Source: Azolla caroliniana (lineage: Eukaryota > Plantae > Polypodiophyta). From it: a stretch of DNA of 64,000 bases. Where the stretch lies: contig JBHGNT010000016.1 of the NCBI GenBank assembly GCA_043228905.1, positions 11,284,001 through 11,348,000 on the forward strand. The letters run 5' to 3'. Both the position numbers and the translations under genes were made by a program. The notes beneath the pieces were generated by a model, which was not told the origin of the DNA, searched no databases, and saw only the letters and a program-made list of their open reading frames with translations. Below are positions 13,600 through 27,353 of the stretch, piece by piece. How positions within the stretch are numbered: position 1 is the first letter of the stretch; each line of letters starts with the position of its first letter.

Positions 13600-14190
13600 T
13601 CAAAAGCAGCATTCTTCAAGTATACAACAGCAACAGAGGGCAGCCAAGCTGTAGACATCATCAACCAAAAAGATCAATTTAGTTTATTGCCCAATATATA
13701 TATATTACGTGCTGATTGCAGGAGATTAGGAGGATTTGATGGGAGCAGAAAACAAACCATCCCTTGACGAATCCTTTGTCTTGGGGGCCATTCCTTGATT
13801 GGGGGCGATCCGATGACAGTCTAATCTTGTTGGCCGTTGCAGAGATGCCAATTGGCGCCGGTTGCTGCTGCGCAGCATGAGGCAGAGGGTAGCCTGGTAT
13901 GTAATTAATGAATGTACAGTGCAAAGCAATTTAGCCTAGTTTCTTTGTAAAATTAAAATTTGGTGGCTGCATCAAATCAAACTCCTAATTAATTAGTAGG
14001 TTGAGGGAAATGAATCATCACTGTAGTTTTGTGCGAATCAATGAAGTTCAACAAAAATCTAATATTAATTTGGTGTGTGGTATACTAATAATAATAATAA
14101 TGATGTATGTATGTATGTATGTATAATATAATAACCTGGTGGAGGATATCCTGCTACGTCGCTCTGGTGGTGTAGCTGATGAGCCGCCAT
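13600..14190 (-). CDS. CYSTM (cysteine-rich transmembrane module) family protein, 79 aa; exons 14190-14136, 13893-13758, 13648-13600
   Basis: GT-AG introns in matching phase give 240 nt: MAAHQLHHQSDVAGYPPPGYPLPHAAQQQPAPIGISATANKIRLSSDRPQSRNGPQDKGFVKGCLAALCCCCILEECCF*. GYPP repeats and the GFxxGCLAALCCCC tail are diagnostic. Confidence 0.92.
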
Positions 14191-14278
14191 GGCAACTTCC
14201 AGGACTTAAGAATGCGTAAGAAGCAAGCCAAGTATTTTATACGTGTATGTATTTGAATGATTCCGATGGCTCTCACGA

Positions 14279-14279
<1 letters not shown>

Positions 14280-14331
<52 letters not shown>

Positions 14332-14338
14332 AATGATG
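14280..14338. repeat. (GAT)n microsatellite upstream of the CYSTM start, probably in a 5' UTR intron
   Basis: Directly visible. Candidate GTGAGT donors on the minus strand near 14465-14480. Confidence 0.9.
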
Positions 14339-14714
14339 TGTCCAGGCATCTATCTTTCCACGCTGTTATCCACCATCCATTCATTCATCCATCCATCCTG
14401 AACTATCAATCCATCCAATGAAGACGATTCTCCGCGGCCAGCTCAACTATCAATCCTGGACTCACCCACCATCCACTCACTAACGTCGTTGTATATATAT
14501 ATACACACACACACACTTTTCATCAGATTCTCCACACTGTCCTGTCCCCCACCCAACAAGTTCTCATACTTGCATGTTCCATGGCGATGGTCTCTTTGTC
14601 AAAAAACATGAGATGCTTTTTAGGCATTCATCCTAGCTATCCATATCTATGTATATACATACATACATACATAGCTATCCGCCAGTAGTTTATTGGTTCT
14701 ATTTTTTTTTTTAA

Positions 14715-15105
14715 AGAATTCGGTTTGGTTCTAAAACTCGGGTTTATTGGTTTAAATGGTTTGGTTTAAAGATTTATTAGTTTTTCGTTAACTATTTTTT
14801 TCCCTTAATAGTTTGTTAATTTAATGGTTTAATTAATGTTTTTTCGTTGATTTAATAAATTTAACTTAAATGCTTATTTAATTTAATGTATTTTTGTTTA
14901 TTTTGATTTTTAATTAGCTTGACTTAAAATGCTTAGGTTTAAATCTTTTATTTTAAATGGTTTGGTTTAGTTTTCAACTTTGTCCTAAATGGTTTGGTTT
15001 ACCGTTTCTTAAATGGTTTGGTTTAAATGGCTTGAGAGTTCGTAAACAATTTGGTTTACTTTTTGTTTTATATAAATGGTTAGATTCATTTCGGTTCGGT
15101 TTAAA
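14715..15105. repeat. AT-rich stretch with repeated GGTTTGGTTT/CGGTT motifs, possibly a non-autonomous DNA transposon remnant
   Basis: Many GGTTT(A/G) motifs. No TIR pair or TSD resolved. Confidence 0.3.
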
Positions 15106-15202
15106 GGGAAAGAAACTGTCAGGAATAGTACTAAAACAGAGAGAGAATTATTACTAAAGAAGGGAAGTACTATTAGTACCAAGAGGACGGACTACGTAAG
15201 AC

Positions 15203-15259
<57 letters not shown>

Positions 15260-17402
15260 ACAGATAATATTATGTGAAGAATAAGTACAAAATAACTATG
15301 TGGCTTAAGACTGGTGTTGAACCAATTTGGTTCGATATAATGCTTTGTGCCTCTTTTTATAGTGTTCACAGGAATAGTCCTGAAGCTTCTAGAATGTTCC
15401 AGAGAAATATGGAATATACAATAATTTTCTATAGTAAAACTTAAATGAAAATAATATCCTACGTATTACAATAGATAATGTAATGGTCAAGAGCTTGATC
15501 CATATAACATAAGGGAGCTGACGAGTGTCACGAGTCAGTGCTGATTGTAGACCGGGTTTGTCCGGATACTTTCGGTGGAAATCAGCAAGAAGATCCTAAG
15601 CATTGGCGACATGCTCGACGGGTTCCCAAGTACGTTCGCTCGGACTATAGCCGAGACAATCGACCAAATAATAAAGTTTGTTCAGGACGACAACAACTTC
15701 ATACTTCGGGCCGAAGTCCAACTCAAGTGGGGGCGGCAGTGGTGTAACACGATCGGGAATAGTGTTGGCCTGATAAGGTTCGAGAAGAGAACTATGGAAG
15801 ACTGGATGTATCTGAAAGTGCAAAGGAAGATCAAGGCGGAACGTGACATCATTAATCTTGTCGGTAATACGGAAAGGACCGAGTCGTCGATAATCCAATT
15901 TGTCGCACGATTAAGTTGTCTTGATGTGACGACATAAGAGCCATACTCGATCTCTGATGGCAAAAGAGGAGGGAAGCCGATGACGATCTGCATAAGGCTC
16001 TTCCAAAATTTGGAGACGAATTGAGGTCCTCGGTCACTGATGATACTGTCTGGGAGGCCATGATGCCAAAATACCTCACACATGACAAGGGTTGCGGTTT
16101 CCTCACAAGTGATGGCCTTAGTACAAGGCACAAAATGTGTCATCTTAGTATATCAATCGACGGCGGTTAAGATGGCATCAAAACCCTTCGAGACTGGAAA
16201 ATCTGTGATAAAATCAAGACAAATGGATTGCCACAGCTTACTTGGAATTGGTAAGGATTCCAACAAGCCATATGAATGATGTCGTGGCATCTTTGCTTGG
16301 CAACAAGCATCATAGGTCCGAACATAGTCGTCGACAAAACGTCGTATATGGGGCCACCAAAAGGATCGTCAAACTAGATCCAACGTCTTAGTACTACCGA
16401 AATGTCCAATTGTATGGGTGTCGTGACAATTTTGGACGATTTGAAGGCGACAGGAGCAATCGGGAACATACAGGAGTTTTTTAAAGAATAAAAAACCATC
16501 ATGATATTCAAATTATCAGTAGTCCATACCTGGTTGTTGAGACTGGGAACAGGATGCTCGAGAGGCATCAATTTGTGCTAGAATGGCTTGAGCAAAACTA
16601 TCCGTCTTCAACTTTGCACGTATGGCATCCATAATCCGGGAATCTAGTGGAGTGTGAAAACTCCGCGTTGTGTGCAAACGTGTTGGTCCCAAGATTACCT
16701 GCTTTTGATTATCAAATGCTGGATCACTCCGATGAGGTGCAAGATATGAACGTCGTGATAGTGCATTTGCTTTTCCTTGCTGCTTCCTCGACTGATATGT
16801 GATTTTGAAGTCAAAACGTGTAAGGAATTGGGCCCACCGAGCTTGCCGTTGATTTAGTAAGTGAGCGTTCGGGAAGTAAGCAAGATTTTTGTGATCATTG
16901 AAGACGATGACCGGATGAGGAGAGCCCTCTCAGAAGTGCCACCATTGCACAAGTGAATCCACGATGGCTAATAACTCCTTGTCATGTATCTCGTAGTTAA
17001 TATCCGCGACATCAAATTTGTGTGAGTGGAAAGCCACAAGATGTAACTTTTCTTTATCTCCTTGTTGTGAAAGGATGCTACTGAGGGCGAAATCCGATGC
17101 ATTGGCCTCCATGATGAATGGTTTGTTTGTATCCACATGAGCTAGAATAGGAGCTGATGTAAAGGCTTTCTTAAGATGTATAAAAGCCATGTCCACTTCA
17201 TTGGACGAAAGAAATGACTGTCCCTTCTTGGTAAGCTGTGTGAGAGGTAAAATAATTTTCGAGTAATCTTGTATAAACTTGCGGTAGAAGTTAGCAAAGC
17301 CTAGGAAACATTGCACATCTCGTAACGAACACGGAGTTTGCGACTCTAGCACAGTTTGGACTTTAGTTGGATCCATGGAGATGCCTTTTGAGGAGATGAC
17401 GT

Positions 17403-19986
17403 TGTCGTGCCTTTCGGCTACGGATTGTTGCGTCAGTTGGGCGGGAACCATTGAGGTTTTGGACTAGGAGAAAAGAAAATTCTAAGGCAATTAAGAATAT
17501 GAAATATATTGTAAGAAAGAAACATATGAAAAACTTGTGAATCCCACGAGTATAATGTATTAGTGAGTACTTAGACAGATTAAGAGAGAAAAATAGTTAG
17601 CAAATTCGTGAATCCCACAAATATATTATATTAATCAATCCTTGTAAAATAATCAACAACCCCTATACATCTTTCTCTCTTCCTTATATCGTGTTGGAAG
17701 AGTCTAAGTTTATCATATGCAAGCATCATGCTTTTCCTAACTTTAGTTTTCATGCACTCTGCATGTGCATGATTAGCTTTCTAGCCCATCTTTTCTTTTA
17801 ACTCGAGTGTGTATGCATGTATAACTTTTTGTACCATGCATATCTAGAATATTTACATGGAATAAAGTTTAGTATAACTTTAAAATTCATAATATGCTAG
17901 TATAGTGGTAAGGTTGGGGTCTGTCTACATGGAGGTATAGGGTTCGAATCCTGCCCTATGCACGTAATAAATATTTTTAATATTTTATTTTATTTATTAT
18001 ACGTACTTTAAATCAGATATAGTATTTTACATATTTCACGTAGTGTGTGATTCACACTACGAAACTCGCCCCCTCCGAACCCGCACATCCTCCAGTATGT
18101 GCCGAAGTCCCCGATGCTTGCTATTCACCTTCATCCGAAGCTTCCTTCGATTCTCCCCTTAAGTCGTCTATGAGTTGTAATCCACTTTCTTCGCTTTCCG
18201 CATCACCGCGATCTTCGTCTGATTGCTCCTCCTTGTCGGTCTTGTCTAGGATCACATAGGGTTCTTCGTTAGTCCTCTTTTTGAAAATCTTCACCCGTTT
18301 CCCGGCTATAGGCACTCGTAGCATCGTTCCATCCAACTCGCATAGTCGGTAAGTTCCGTTGTCGAAAACTTTCCGAACCTCGTATGGCCCGAACCACCTT
18401 TTCGCGAACTTCTGCATCGTTGTATGTTGATGATCCAAACTACTATCGCAGACAATCACCCAATCTCCTTCTTAAATCTTCCGCGGTCGTAGTCGGTGCT
18501 TTGTGTCGAACCGGCTTTTATTCCGGAATTGCGCTTCTTGTTGTCGGCGTATTACTTCCGCTATGTCTTCCGGTCTTCCCTCTAGTTGTCGTATCCGAAC
18601 CGCTAGTAGTTCTTCCTGTCTCATCTCTTCCTTCCACGGTAGCACTGTCCATGTCGCGATCGCGGTTTCGGTTGGCATTACCGGTGCTTGTCCGGTCATG
18701 AGTTCTGTCAGCATGTAACCGGTTATGGAGCTATGCGTCATCCGATCCGCCCATAGTGCATACGGGAGCATCTGTGGCCAATCCTTCACCCTTCCGGCGC
18801 ATGCTTTGGCAAGTGCTTTGACGATCGGACTATGTCCTCGTTCAATTTTCCCGTTGGCCTCCGGATTGTATCCCGTTGTTAGTGTTAACCGAACTCCATG
18901 TTTGGTGAAGAATTCCTTAGCTTTATCAGAGTCAAGTTCTCCCCGATCCGCAATCACTTGTCCTACGCACCCGTACCTGCAAAACACCTCCTCCAAAAGA
19001 AATTGGCATACCGCAGAACACGTTTTCCTTCGTAGCGCCCGACCTTCTACTTGGTTTGTGAGATCTTCCCGAGCTAACACCAGTACTTCTTTTGTCCGAT
19101 CCCGGTTGGCATGGCTACAATATCGACCATCCATTTGAAGTTGATTGTTGGTGAGAATGTCAGATGTAACTCATCTCGGTGTCGAACTCCGGAGTAAACT
19201 TGACACTTCTCGCAACTTCCTATGAACTCCGCTACATCTTTGTACATATTCTTCCACGAATATTATTGTTTGATTTTCACAAAAGTTGCCCATGTTCCTC
19301 GATGTGCAACCCAATCAGATTCATGAAAGTCAAATATTATCCGGTTTCATTGCTCTTTCGTCCCGATTACCCGAAGTGGTATGCCATCTGGTTGTTTTGG
19401 CTCCCTCCATATTAATCCATTTTTTAAGAAGAACTTTCGGACTTGTCGCTTCTTAGTTCGGATCTCGGCTCTCTTTTCTTTATCGTTCGTTGACACCTCG
19501 ATCTCTTCTAGCATCGTCCCGATCGTCAAGCTTTCTCCCTTGTATTCTTCATCTCGGAATTCTCGGATTACGTTTACTCGGCATATGTGCTCCGAAGCAA
19601 AGTAGTCTTCAGAAACTTCTTCATTATCGGATTCGGCTATGTCGTCTCCGAACCGAGCCCTTGATAGGATATCTGCTACCGCGTTGTCTTTTCTAGAGAT
19701 GTGTCGTACGTCCGGGTTAAGCGACTTAACATATGCAATCCATCTTAGCATAGCCACATCCAGTATCGTGCAACACCGCATCATCCCGAGTATCGGAAGA
19801 CAATCCGTTTCGATCACTACTTCGGTTCCGATCAAATAATCTTGATCTGATTTGATTGCTGACACGACTCCCCATAATTCTCTTTTGACTTGTGCATACC
19901 CACATTTTCTTTCATTGAGAACCTTTTCTCTGAATTGGATCGGATATCGCGAACCATCCGGATCGGTTGGATTGATGACCCATCCG
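17403..19986 (-). mobile_element. 3' part of an autonomous-type Phygy-like gypsy element (RNase H, integrase, PPT, 3' LTR)
   Basis: LTR 17403-18064 has the same termini and PPT region as 489-3994. Integrase motifs VIADRGE, YNPEANGKIER, WFGPY. RH motif VIETDCLP. Inserted after ACGT. Confidence 0.9.
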
Positions 19987-20012
19987 ATTCCGGATGGGTC
20001 ATCAATCCAACC

Positions 20013-20725
20013 GAGCCGGATGGTGTAGACCCGGTGTGAACCGGATGAGGAGTACCCGGCTACGGAGAGCCGGATGGTGCAGACCCTGTGAGAACCGGAT
20101 GAGGAGTACCCGGCTACGGAGAGCCGGATGGTGCAGGCCCGGTGAGAACCGGATGAGGAGTACCCGGCTACGGAGAGCCGGATGGTTCAGACCCGGTGAG
20201 AACTGGATGAAGAGACATATTCGTAAATATGTTTCTGAGAGTCCATCGAGGATATATTTGTAAATAGCCGAAAAGTCATATTAGTATAAATATGACTTAG
20301 GGCAAACTTATAGTATAGAGTGGTTGTCATTTCTTGTTGGTGCAAGAAGAAGAGAGAGCACGTAATAGTGTACAGAGAGAGAGAGAGGAAGAGGTCGTAG
20401 CCTCTGTTGTAACCGCCGCCTGTGGCGAAGATCGTGAGCACGAGGTCGTTGCCTCCGTGAACTCACTGTTTTGTACATTCCAACATAGTGATAGTTTGTA
20501 GCCTGTGGGCTGCCGTGGTTTTTCCCTTAGTTTGGGTTTTCCACGTAAACATCCTGTGCACCTTATCTCTCCTTTGTGTCGTGCTTTTCCGTTTCCTGTT
20601 TTCTGTGTATGATTCTAAGCTCGGTTGTGGCCGAGCGTTGTGCATAAGGAGCGTTGAGTTCCCGTCATTGACTACGAACTTTCGGCATCCCCGATCATCC
20701 ATAGTCTCATCTTTTTCTTCCACCG
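20013..20725 (+). mobile_element. Partial copia LTR related to the LTRs of 35325-40708, with 54-bp tandem repeats
   Basis: Shares GAGTACCCGGC/GCCGGATG units and TATAAATATGACTTAGGGCAAAC with that LTR. About 3.5 copies of a 54-bp unit at 20013-20210. Confidence 0.85.
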
Positions 20726-22819
20726 CGCAAAGAAAATGGGTGCACCGGTTGGAGATTTCGAATGACGAATAAACCCGCTTGCCAAATTATCTTCTATGTA
20801 GGCTTGAAGGACTTGCAATTCGGTTGGTGACAAGTTGTAAATCGCTCCCCACGGTGGCTCTGTTCCTGGTTGTAAATCGATGGGACAATCATAGGGATGA
20901 TGATGAGGAAGAGTACCAGCTTTGACCTTATCAAATACATCGGCATAAGGATGACATTTCGTGGGAAATTGAACTAAGGATTCCTTTTTAATAGTGCTGG
21001 AAGGATGTACTAATATTGCAAATAGAAACATTGACTCCTTGCGTCCTTCTTCGCGTAATTGATGGAGCAAAATGGTCAAAACTTGATGAGTAGATTCTCG
21101 GGGTTGTCGATACCGGACTTCTCTTGTTCTCCAATCTATGTTTGGATTATGTACTTCAAACCAAGGTAATCCCAGGACAATGGGATGCTTTGGACTACTA
21201 ATTATATTAAATGATACCACACACACAAAGCTATCTAGGACAACCTGAATGGGTTCTGACTCTTCTACGATATTCCCAGAAGCAATGGGACGATCATCAA
21301 TGACTACTACAGATGCAGGTCAAGGAGGTTTTCTTAAGGATATCTGAGAAGCTTGGGCAAAATTCTGATCCATGAAATAGGAATTGGCTCCGGAATCTAA
21401 AAGTGCTAAGACATGTTTTGGAGGGGTACTTTTAGTACTAATCATGACTTAGGCTAAGAACACATTGCTAACTTGCTTAGAGGGAATGGAACCACTAATG
21501 GGCTGCATAGATCTGGGGCTGTCCAACCAAACGGCTCCTATTTTGGCTGGACTTAGTCGTTTAACTGTTCCTCTACTTGACTAAGGATTTCAAATTTGTT
21601 TGAGATACTTGGGCTATCAGTACTATTAATACTATCAGACACTCCTAAGGGAAGTGACTCGGGTTTAGTATAGGTCACGATTTGATTTACTTGTCTTCTT
21701 GGCCTATGGGGACAGTTGATGGTGATATGCCCTGGTCCACCGCAATAAAGACATAATCAATTTGCACGTCATCGTTGCTTTTCTTCTTCCTATAACGGGC
21801 CACGTCAACGCACGGTGTCGATATCCATCGGTGTTAGAGTATTTGCCCGTTTAGCTACGACTGAGGCGTATGTGGGCTCTGGCCTAGTCCGTGGCATTTG
21901 AAATTGACATTCCGAATGTCGTTCGAAAAGGCGGTTGTCGCATCGGACCGCTCGACTGATTGCCTCTGTAAGAGATTTTGGTTCTTCGGGAAAGGTTAAA
22001 AGTAAATCTTTGATGTGGTTTTGCAGGCCGTAGCGGAATTGCTCCATTAGTGCTTGATCATCCCAGGGGATATCTGAGGCGAGTAGATGGAAATCTGCTG
22101 CGTACGTAGAGGTTGGACGATCGTCTTGACGCAATCGTTGTATTTTGGTGATCACACTCTTGATGCTATCGTATCTCCAAAGCAGGCTTTAAACTCGCTA
22201 ATAAAGTCTTCAAAGTTATTAAGCAAGGGAGATTGTTTTTCCAAAAGCGGAGCGAACCATGCCAAGGCTGAGCCACTGAGCAACGTGCCTATTAGGCCTA
22301 CTCGGGATGCATCAGTGGGGTATTGGGAAGGATGCATTTGCATGCCTAAGCGTACTTGATTAAGTAATCCTCTGAATTGTGAGCGCGTTCCATCAAATTT
22401 CAGAGGAAGACCAATCTTGGGCTCTTTATGAAGTCCTCGGGGACTTGATCCTTGTTGTTGTAATGCTACGATGGTTGCTTCGAGTTGTTGTACGGGTAAC
22501 GCTAACTCCCCATGTTGTTGTTGCGTTTGCTATGTTTCTAAAGCAATTTGTTGAAGATCCCCTAACAATCGTTGTTTTTCTTGTTCCAATGCAACAAATG
22601 TATTTTTAGACACTGTAGCTCGGAAAAAACGGATTGATATTCCTGGGTGCTAACAATAGCCATAATATTGGAAAAAGGGGTAAGAGGATGAGGGAAACCG
22701 AAAAGAAGACCAAACGGACAAATTGGTTCAAACTATTAGGAATAATACTAAAATAGAGAGAGAATTAGTACTAGAGAAGGGAAGTACTATTAGCACAAAG
22801 AGGACGGACTGCGTAAGAC

Positions 22820-22884
<65 letters not shown>

Positions 22885-23126
22885 AGGATGATGATAACAG
22901 ATGATATATTATTTGAAGAGTAAGTAGGAAATAACTATGAGGCTTAGGACTGGCGTTGAACCAATTTGGTTCGAAATAATGCCTTGTGCCTCTTTTTATA
23001 GTGTTCTCAGGAATAATCCGGAAGCTTCTAGAATGTTCCAAAGAAATATGGAATATACAACAATTTTCTATAGTAAAACTTATGAAAATAATATCCTACG
23101 TATTACAATAGATAATGTAATGGTCA

Positions 23127-24050
23127 TTAACGCTCTACTGATTAGGGAAGCTGCTCATCAAAGGACGACAACGGAGAAATGGATAGGCTACAAGGAGGAG
23201 GGCTCTTTGCTCCCAAGAGGTAGGGACACACCGAACAAGATCAAAGGCTCTGAACTACATGACAACGAGGCATCAACACAACGTAAGGCAATTCGAGTAC
23301 TAACATATACTGGGAATAAATGGATTGTAGATCCTGATCTGATCAAAGTACAACCAGATTGGCACATATGTACTCATGAAAACACATGGCTACATAAGGT
23401 TAGTTGGGACCCTTTGCAATGGACATGGTGTGATCCTTACGCGGGGCAAGGAAGCAAACCTATCCCTTTCTTTCAATTCACAACTAGATTGGGTTGCTAT
23501 ATTATAGCCGCTCAATTTGCCCGAGATTCGACTGCTACAGAGGTTTGGAAAACATATCATGTTCCTAACACAATTATCACCAAGTTTTGGCAGAAACTTT
23601 GGAAACAACAACACGCAAGGTGAATCACCACTTTCGAATGGCTATTAATACATAAGTCACTACCAGTTGGTGTATGGCAACGTGGGAACCTCAGCTCTCC
23701 TAATTGTGTAGCATGTCCAACTATAGTAGAATCAATACGACACGCTCTATGGGATTGCCTAGAGTCCCATCAAATATGGTGGGGGGGTGGCCTTTTATTG
23801 CAATTATGCCAGGTGCAAGGCTCAATCAAGTGGGGGAATGTATGTTGGCTATCATGGTAGGCCCTAGTTGACAGATATGAGCATCAGGAAGAGGGGATGA
23901 CTTTGGTTTTAAAAGCATAAGAGGTAGCCAATATGATGGCCTCAAGGGTAACTCCGATGGAGTTGAAAGACAACCACTAGCCTTCATCCAACAATGGTTG
24001 TCCTCCCTCTTTATTGAGTCGGTGGGCATCCACATAAGATGCACCTATCG
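23127..24050 (+). mobile_element. L1-type LINE 3' fragment (zf-RVT region)
   Basis: Translation FWQKLWK...WLLIHKSLP...CVACPTIVESIRHALWDC at about 23580-23780 matches the CxxC...ESxxHxxxxC knuckle of plant L1 ORF2. Confidence 0.75.
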
Positions 24051-25742
24051 TGTCCCTACAAGGATTTGTATATACTAATCTCATTTGTAAAATTTTATAA
24101 CTAATGGAAGGAGTTATATATATATATATATTTGTTGCATGTATATCAACATGAAAACCTATTGGTGATTAAATATTAATTTGAGAAAAGTACAACCCTT
24201 TGATTTTGAACATAGCTTTTCGTGCAATTGTTTTAGCATAAAGAGCATGTGTTTTGTTGCCAAATGCACGAAATTGAATGGGTGCAATCCTTGTTCCTTA
24301 TAGAGCATATGTGTACTATCAAACTCTTTTAAAGATTTTTTTGTGACATAGACAACAATCAACATCACTTAATAACTAGCTAATATATGGGTTTTAGCCT
24401 TCATTCAAGAGGAGATTAAGATAAGCACATGTGAAAAGTGAGAGGATCTAGAAGGACATGTGGATCATTGAGTGATTCATGTAGTGACTAGAGTAATAAA
24501 TGAGCAACTTGGGGCCTAACCTAATATAATGGTGATGGTTGGAGTGCATTAAATTGACCACCATTTCTTTGATGTCGAATAGAGCAAAAATTTGATGGGT
24601 ATAAGCGTTTAAAATTTGATTTTCATGTGAAAGGCCCCTAAAAATTATACATTTCAAATGATATGCTAAAATTCTATTTTCTATGTCATATATATGCCAC
24701 ATATAAATATATATTATTATGTGCGGATAATATTATATTATATGTTCTTGTACAACACACTTAAAATAATAACATGTAATGATGGTAGAAAATAAGAGAG
24801 GACATATATGCAATCACATATTCTTGAACTCAATCGGGGGGTGATTCCTCAATTTTGTGTATAGTCTTTTTATAAAAATCTCCCCTAACAAATGGGAAAG
24901 TAGCTCTTTTTTTGGAAAAAAAACATGTAATAATGCTATATATTCTCAAATCTTTATTCTTTAATTTGAAGTTAATTATTCTCTAAGCTCCTTACCATAC
25001 ATGTTTGATATTTGTGATATTCTCCATGTGTCATATTCGTAATATTGGAGAATAAGAAATGGCCTCAAGAATATTATAAAACCATTCGTTCTACAAAATA
25101 AATTTACATAACAAAAAATTAATTAATTCACTAGAAAAAGAACTCTCACTCATTAATTGATTATAAAAATATGATTAGTATCAAGTCCCCTATTTAGTGT
25201 TAAATAAAAATATATCCACAGAATCTAGAAGATTAAAAACACAGGACTTTTATTATTACTATTCATTCTTTTATTTTTTAAAACAATTTGAATATTTTAC
25301 ATCTATTATAGAAGCATGATTAGTGTAAATCCCCTTTTTAATGTAAAAAATAATCCATAAAATCTAGGAGACTAAAAAGGCAAGAGTTAATGAACCTTTC
25401 TTTATTTAGTTTATTTTTTATTTTAAGGAAGTGAAACTTTATAAAAATATAATTAGTCTTAAGTTTCCTTTTTATTGTCAAGTAAAAATATCCATTGGAA
25501 AACTAAGGAGGGAGTTTATATGCCCCTTTTTTAAATTTCTTTTTAAACCTTTTTTTTAAAGAATACTTTTTCATGCATTTGTCGAGGGGCCCCCATAAAT
25601 GTGAATATGTCAATCTATGCTCCTTAAGTAGAGCTTTGATCCCTATAATTTGTAAGAAAATGATCGACTGTGAAATAGACAATATTGCGGAAAGACAGAA
25701 AACATCAAATGCACAATACACAATGTTTAACGTGGAAACCGT

Positions 25743-26854
25743 TGTCGTATTGTATTTCGTACACTACGTGAAAAAGTAAAAATAATATAACCGATTTAAT
25801 TACATATAAATAAATAAAATAAGAAAATCAAGATATTTATCACGTGCATAGGGCAAGATTCGAACCTTGTACCTCCACGTAGTCAAATCTCAACTTTACC
25901 ATTATGCTACCTTAAACGGAGGATGAAGGGGAGACGAGCATCGGCAACTTCGGCACATACCGGAGGATGTGCGGGTTCGGAGGGGGCGAGTGTCGTAGTG
26001 TATTTCGTACACTACGTGAAAAAGTAAAAATAATATAACCGATTTAATTACATATAAATAAATAAAATAAGAAAATCAAGATATTTATCACGTGCATAGG
26101 GCAAGATTCGAACCTTGTACCTCCACGTAGTCAAATCTCAACTTTACCATTATGCTACCTTATCTTTAGTGTTCTATAAATAGATTTAATAACTATAAGT
26201 CCTTTATTTGCGCCTACCTTTATTAAAAGGTAAATCATGCATTTTTAGAGTGCGTGAATATTTAATAGAAAAAAAACGCAAGCAACTAAAAAGTGACTCA
26301 TGCACATCTAGCGTGCATGAGCACTATATTTAGCAAATAAAAGCAAGGATTAGAAAAGCATCACATGCACATTTAGTGTGCATGAACATATTAGAAAAAA
26401 GCATGTAGCTATGCTTAGTCTCTCCCATCACTACATAAGGATGGGGAGCACAATGTAATAGGTGCGAAAAATATTTGGGAAATTGGATATATTTCCTAAA
26501 ACACCAATAATAAAATAGAATCGTGGGATTCACGAAGTTTTATATAATCTATCTCTTTCAATCTAAATTCATATTCTTACATAAATATTGATTAACGTAA
26601 TACTTGTGGGATTCACAAGGTTTGATCTCTTTTCTCAATCTACTCTAATCTATTCTAAACTATTTCAATTTATTACTACGATTAAGATAAATTAAAACAA
26701 TTATACTTGTGGGATTCACAAGTTTCTATATCTCTTTCTTATAATCTATTCATATTCATAACTAGATTAGCCTCAAATTCTTCCTCCTCCTAGTCCAAAA
26801 CCTCGGCGGTTCCCACCCGACTCACGAAACGATCCGGAGCCGAAAGGCACGACA
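25743..26854 (+). mobile_element. Phygy-like deletion derivative: truncated 5' LTR, PPT region, full 3' LTR
   Basis: TSD CCGT (25739-25742, 26855-26858). 25743-25914 duplicates the start of LTR 25991-26854. 25915-25990 is the PPT-proximal internal sequence. Confidence 0.92.
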
Positions 26855-27353
26855 CCGTAAATGGGAAAAACCATGGGAGAACAGATCTTCCACTATACAT
26901 AGAGAACACAAGAGCGGTTATAACTCTTCTCAGATGCTTGGAGGATAACCCCTTAGGGTTCTTGGCAGGTTCACTACACTCTGTTGCCACTCTATCTCAC
27001 AGACTCTCTTACACTCTATCTGTAACTTGCACTCTATGGAAACTCGACATTGTGCAACAACAACAACAACTTTGCCCTAAGTGTATTTATACTTATACAC
27101 CTTATGGGTTATTTACAAATGTAGTCACTGGTACCGTCATTCCTATTATTCTATTAAATAACAATAATGGTTAATCAACCGACTGGTCGACTAGCCGATT
27201 AGCCGGCTCCATTGTCAACTGTCCAGTGGCCCCGACTAATCAGTTATGTCTTTGACATGGATCACATTTGTAACACTATCGACTCTTTCAAAGTCGACTC
27301 AGTCAATTGACTCTCCATGGCATCGATTGTCGGCTCTTAGCCCGACCAATCGG

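Larger units (their letters stand above)
15117..23126 (-). mobile_element. Degenerate Tcn1-like chromovirus (Ty3/gypsy), both LTRs truncated, with nested insertions
   Basis: LTR parts 15117-~15514 and 22734-23126, each with a (GA)n tract. gag, PR, RH, INT and chromodomain fragments are collinear with 35177-46231. Most of RT is deleted. Confidence 0.92.

Noticed and set aside
22937-23623. 228-aa gene
   Set aside because: Chance fusion of chromovirus LTR sequence and a LINE fragment.
25160-25505. Three degenerate ~130-bp AT-rich repeats as a distinct element
   Set aside because: Too diverged and without termini, so it cannot be classified.
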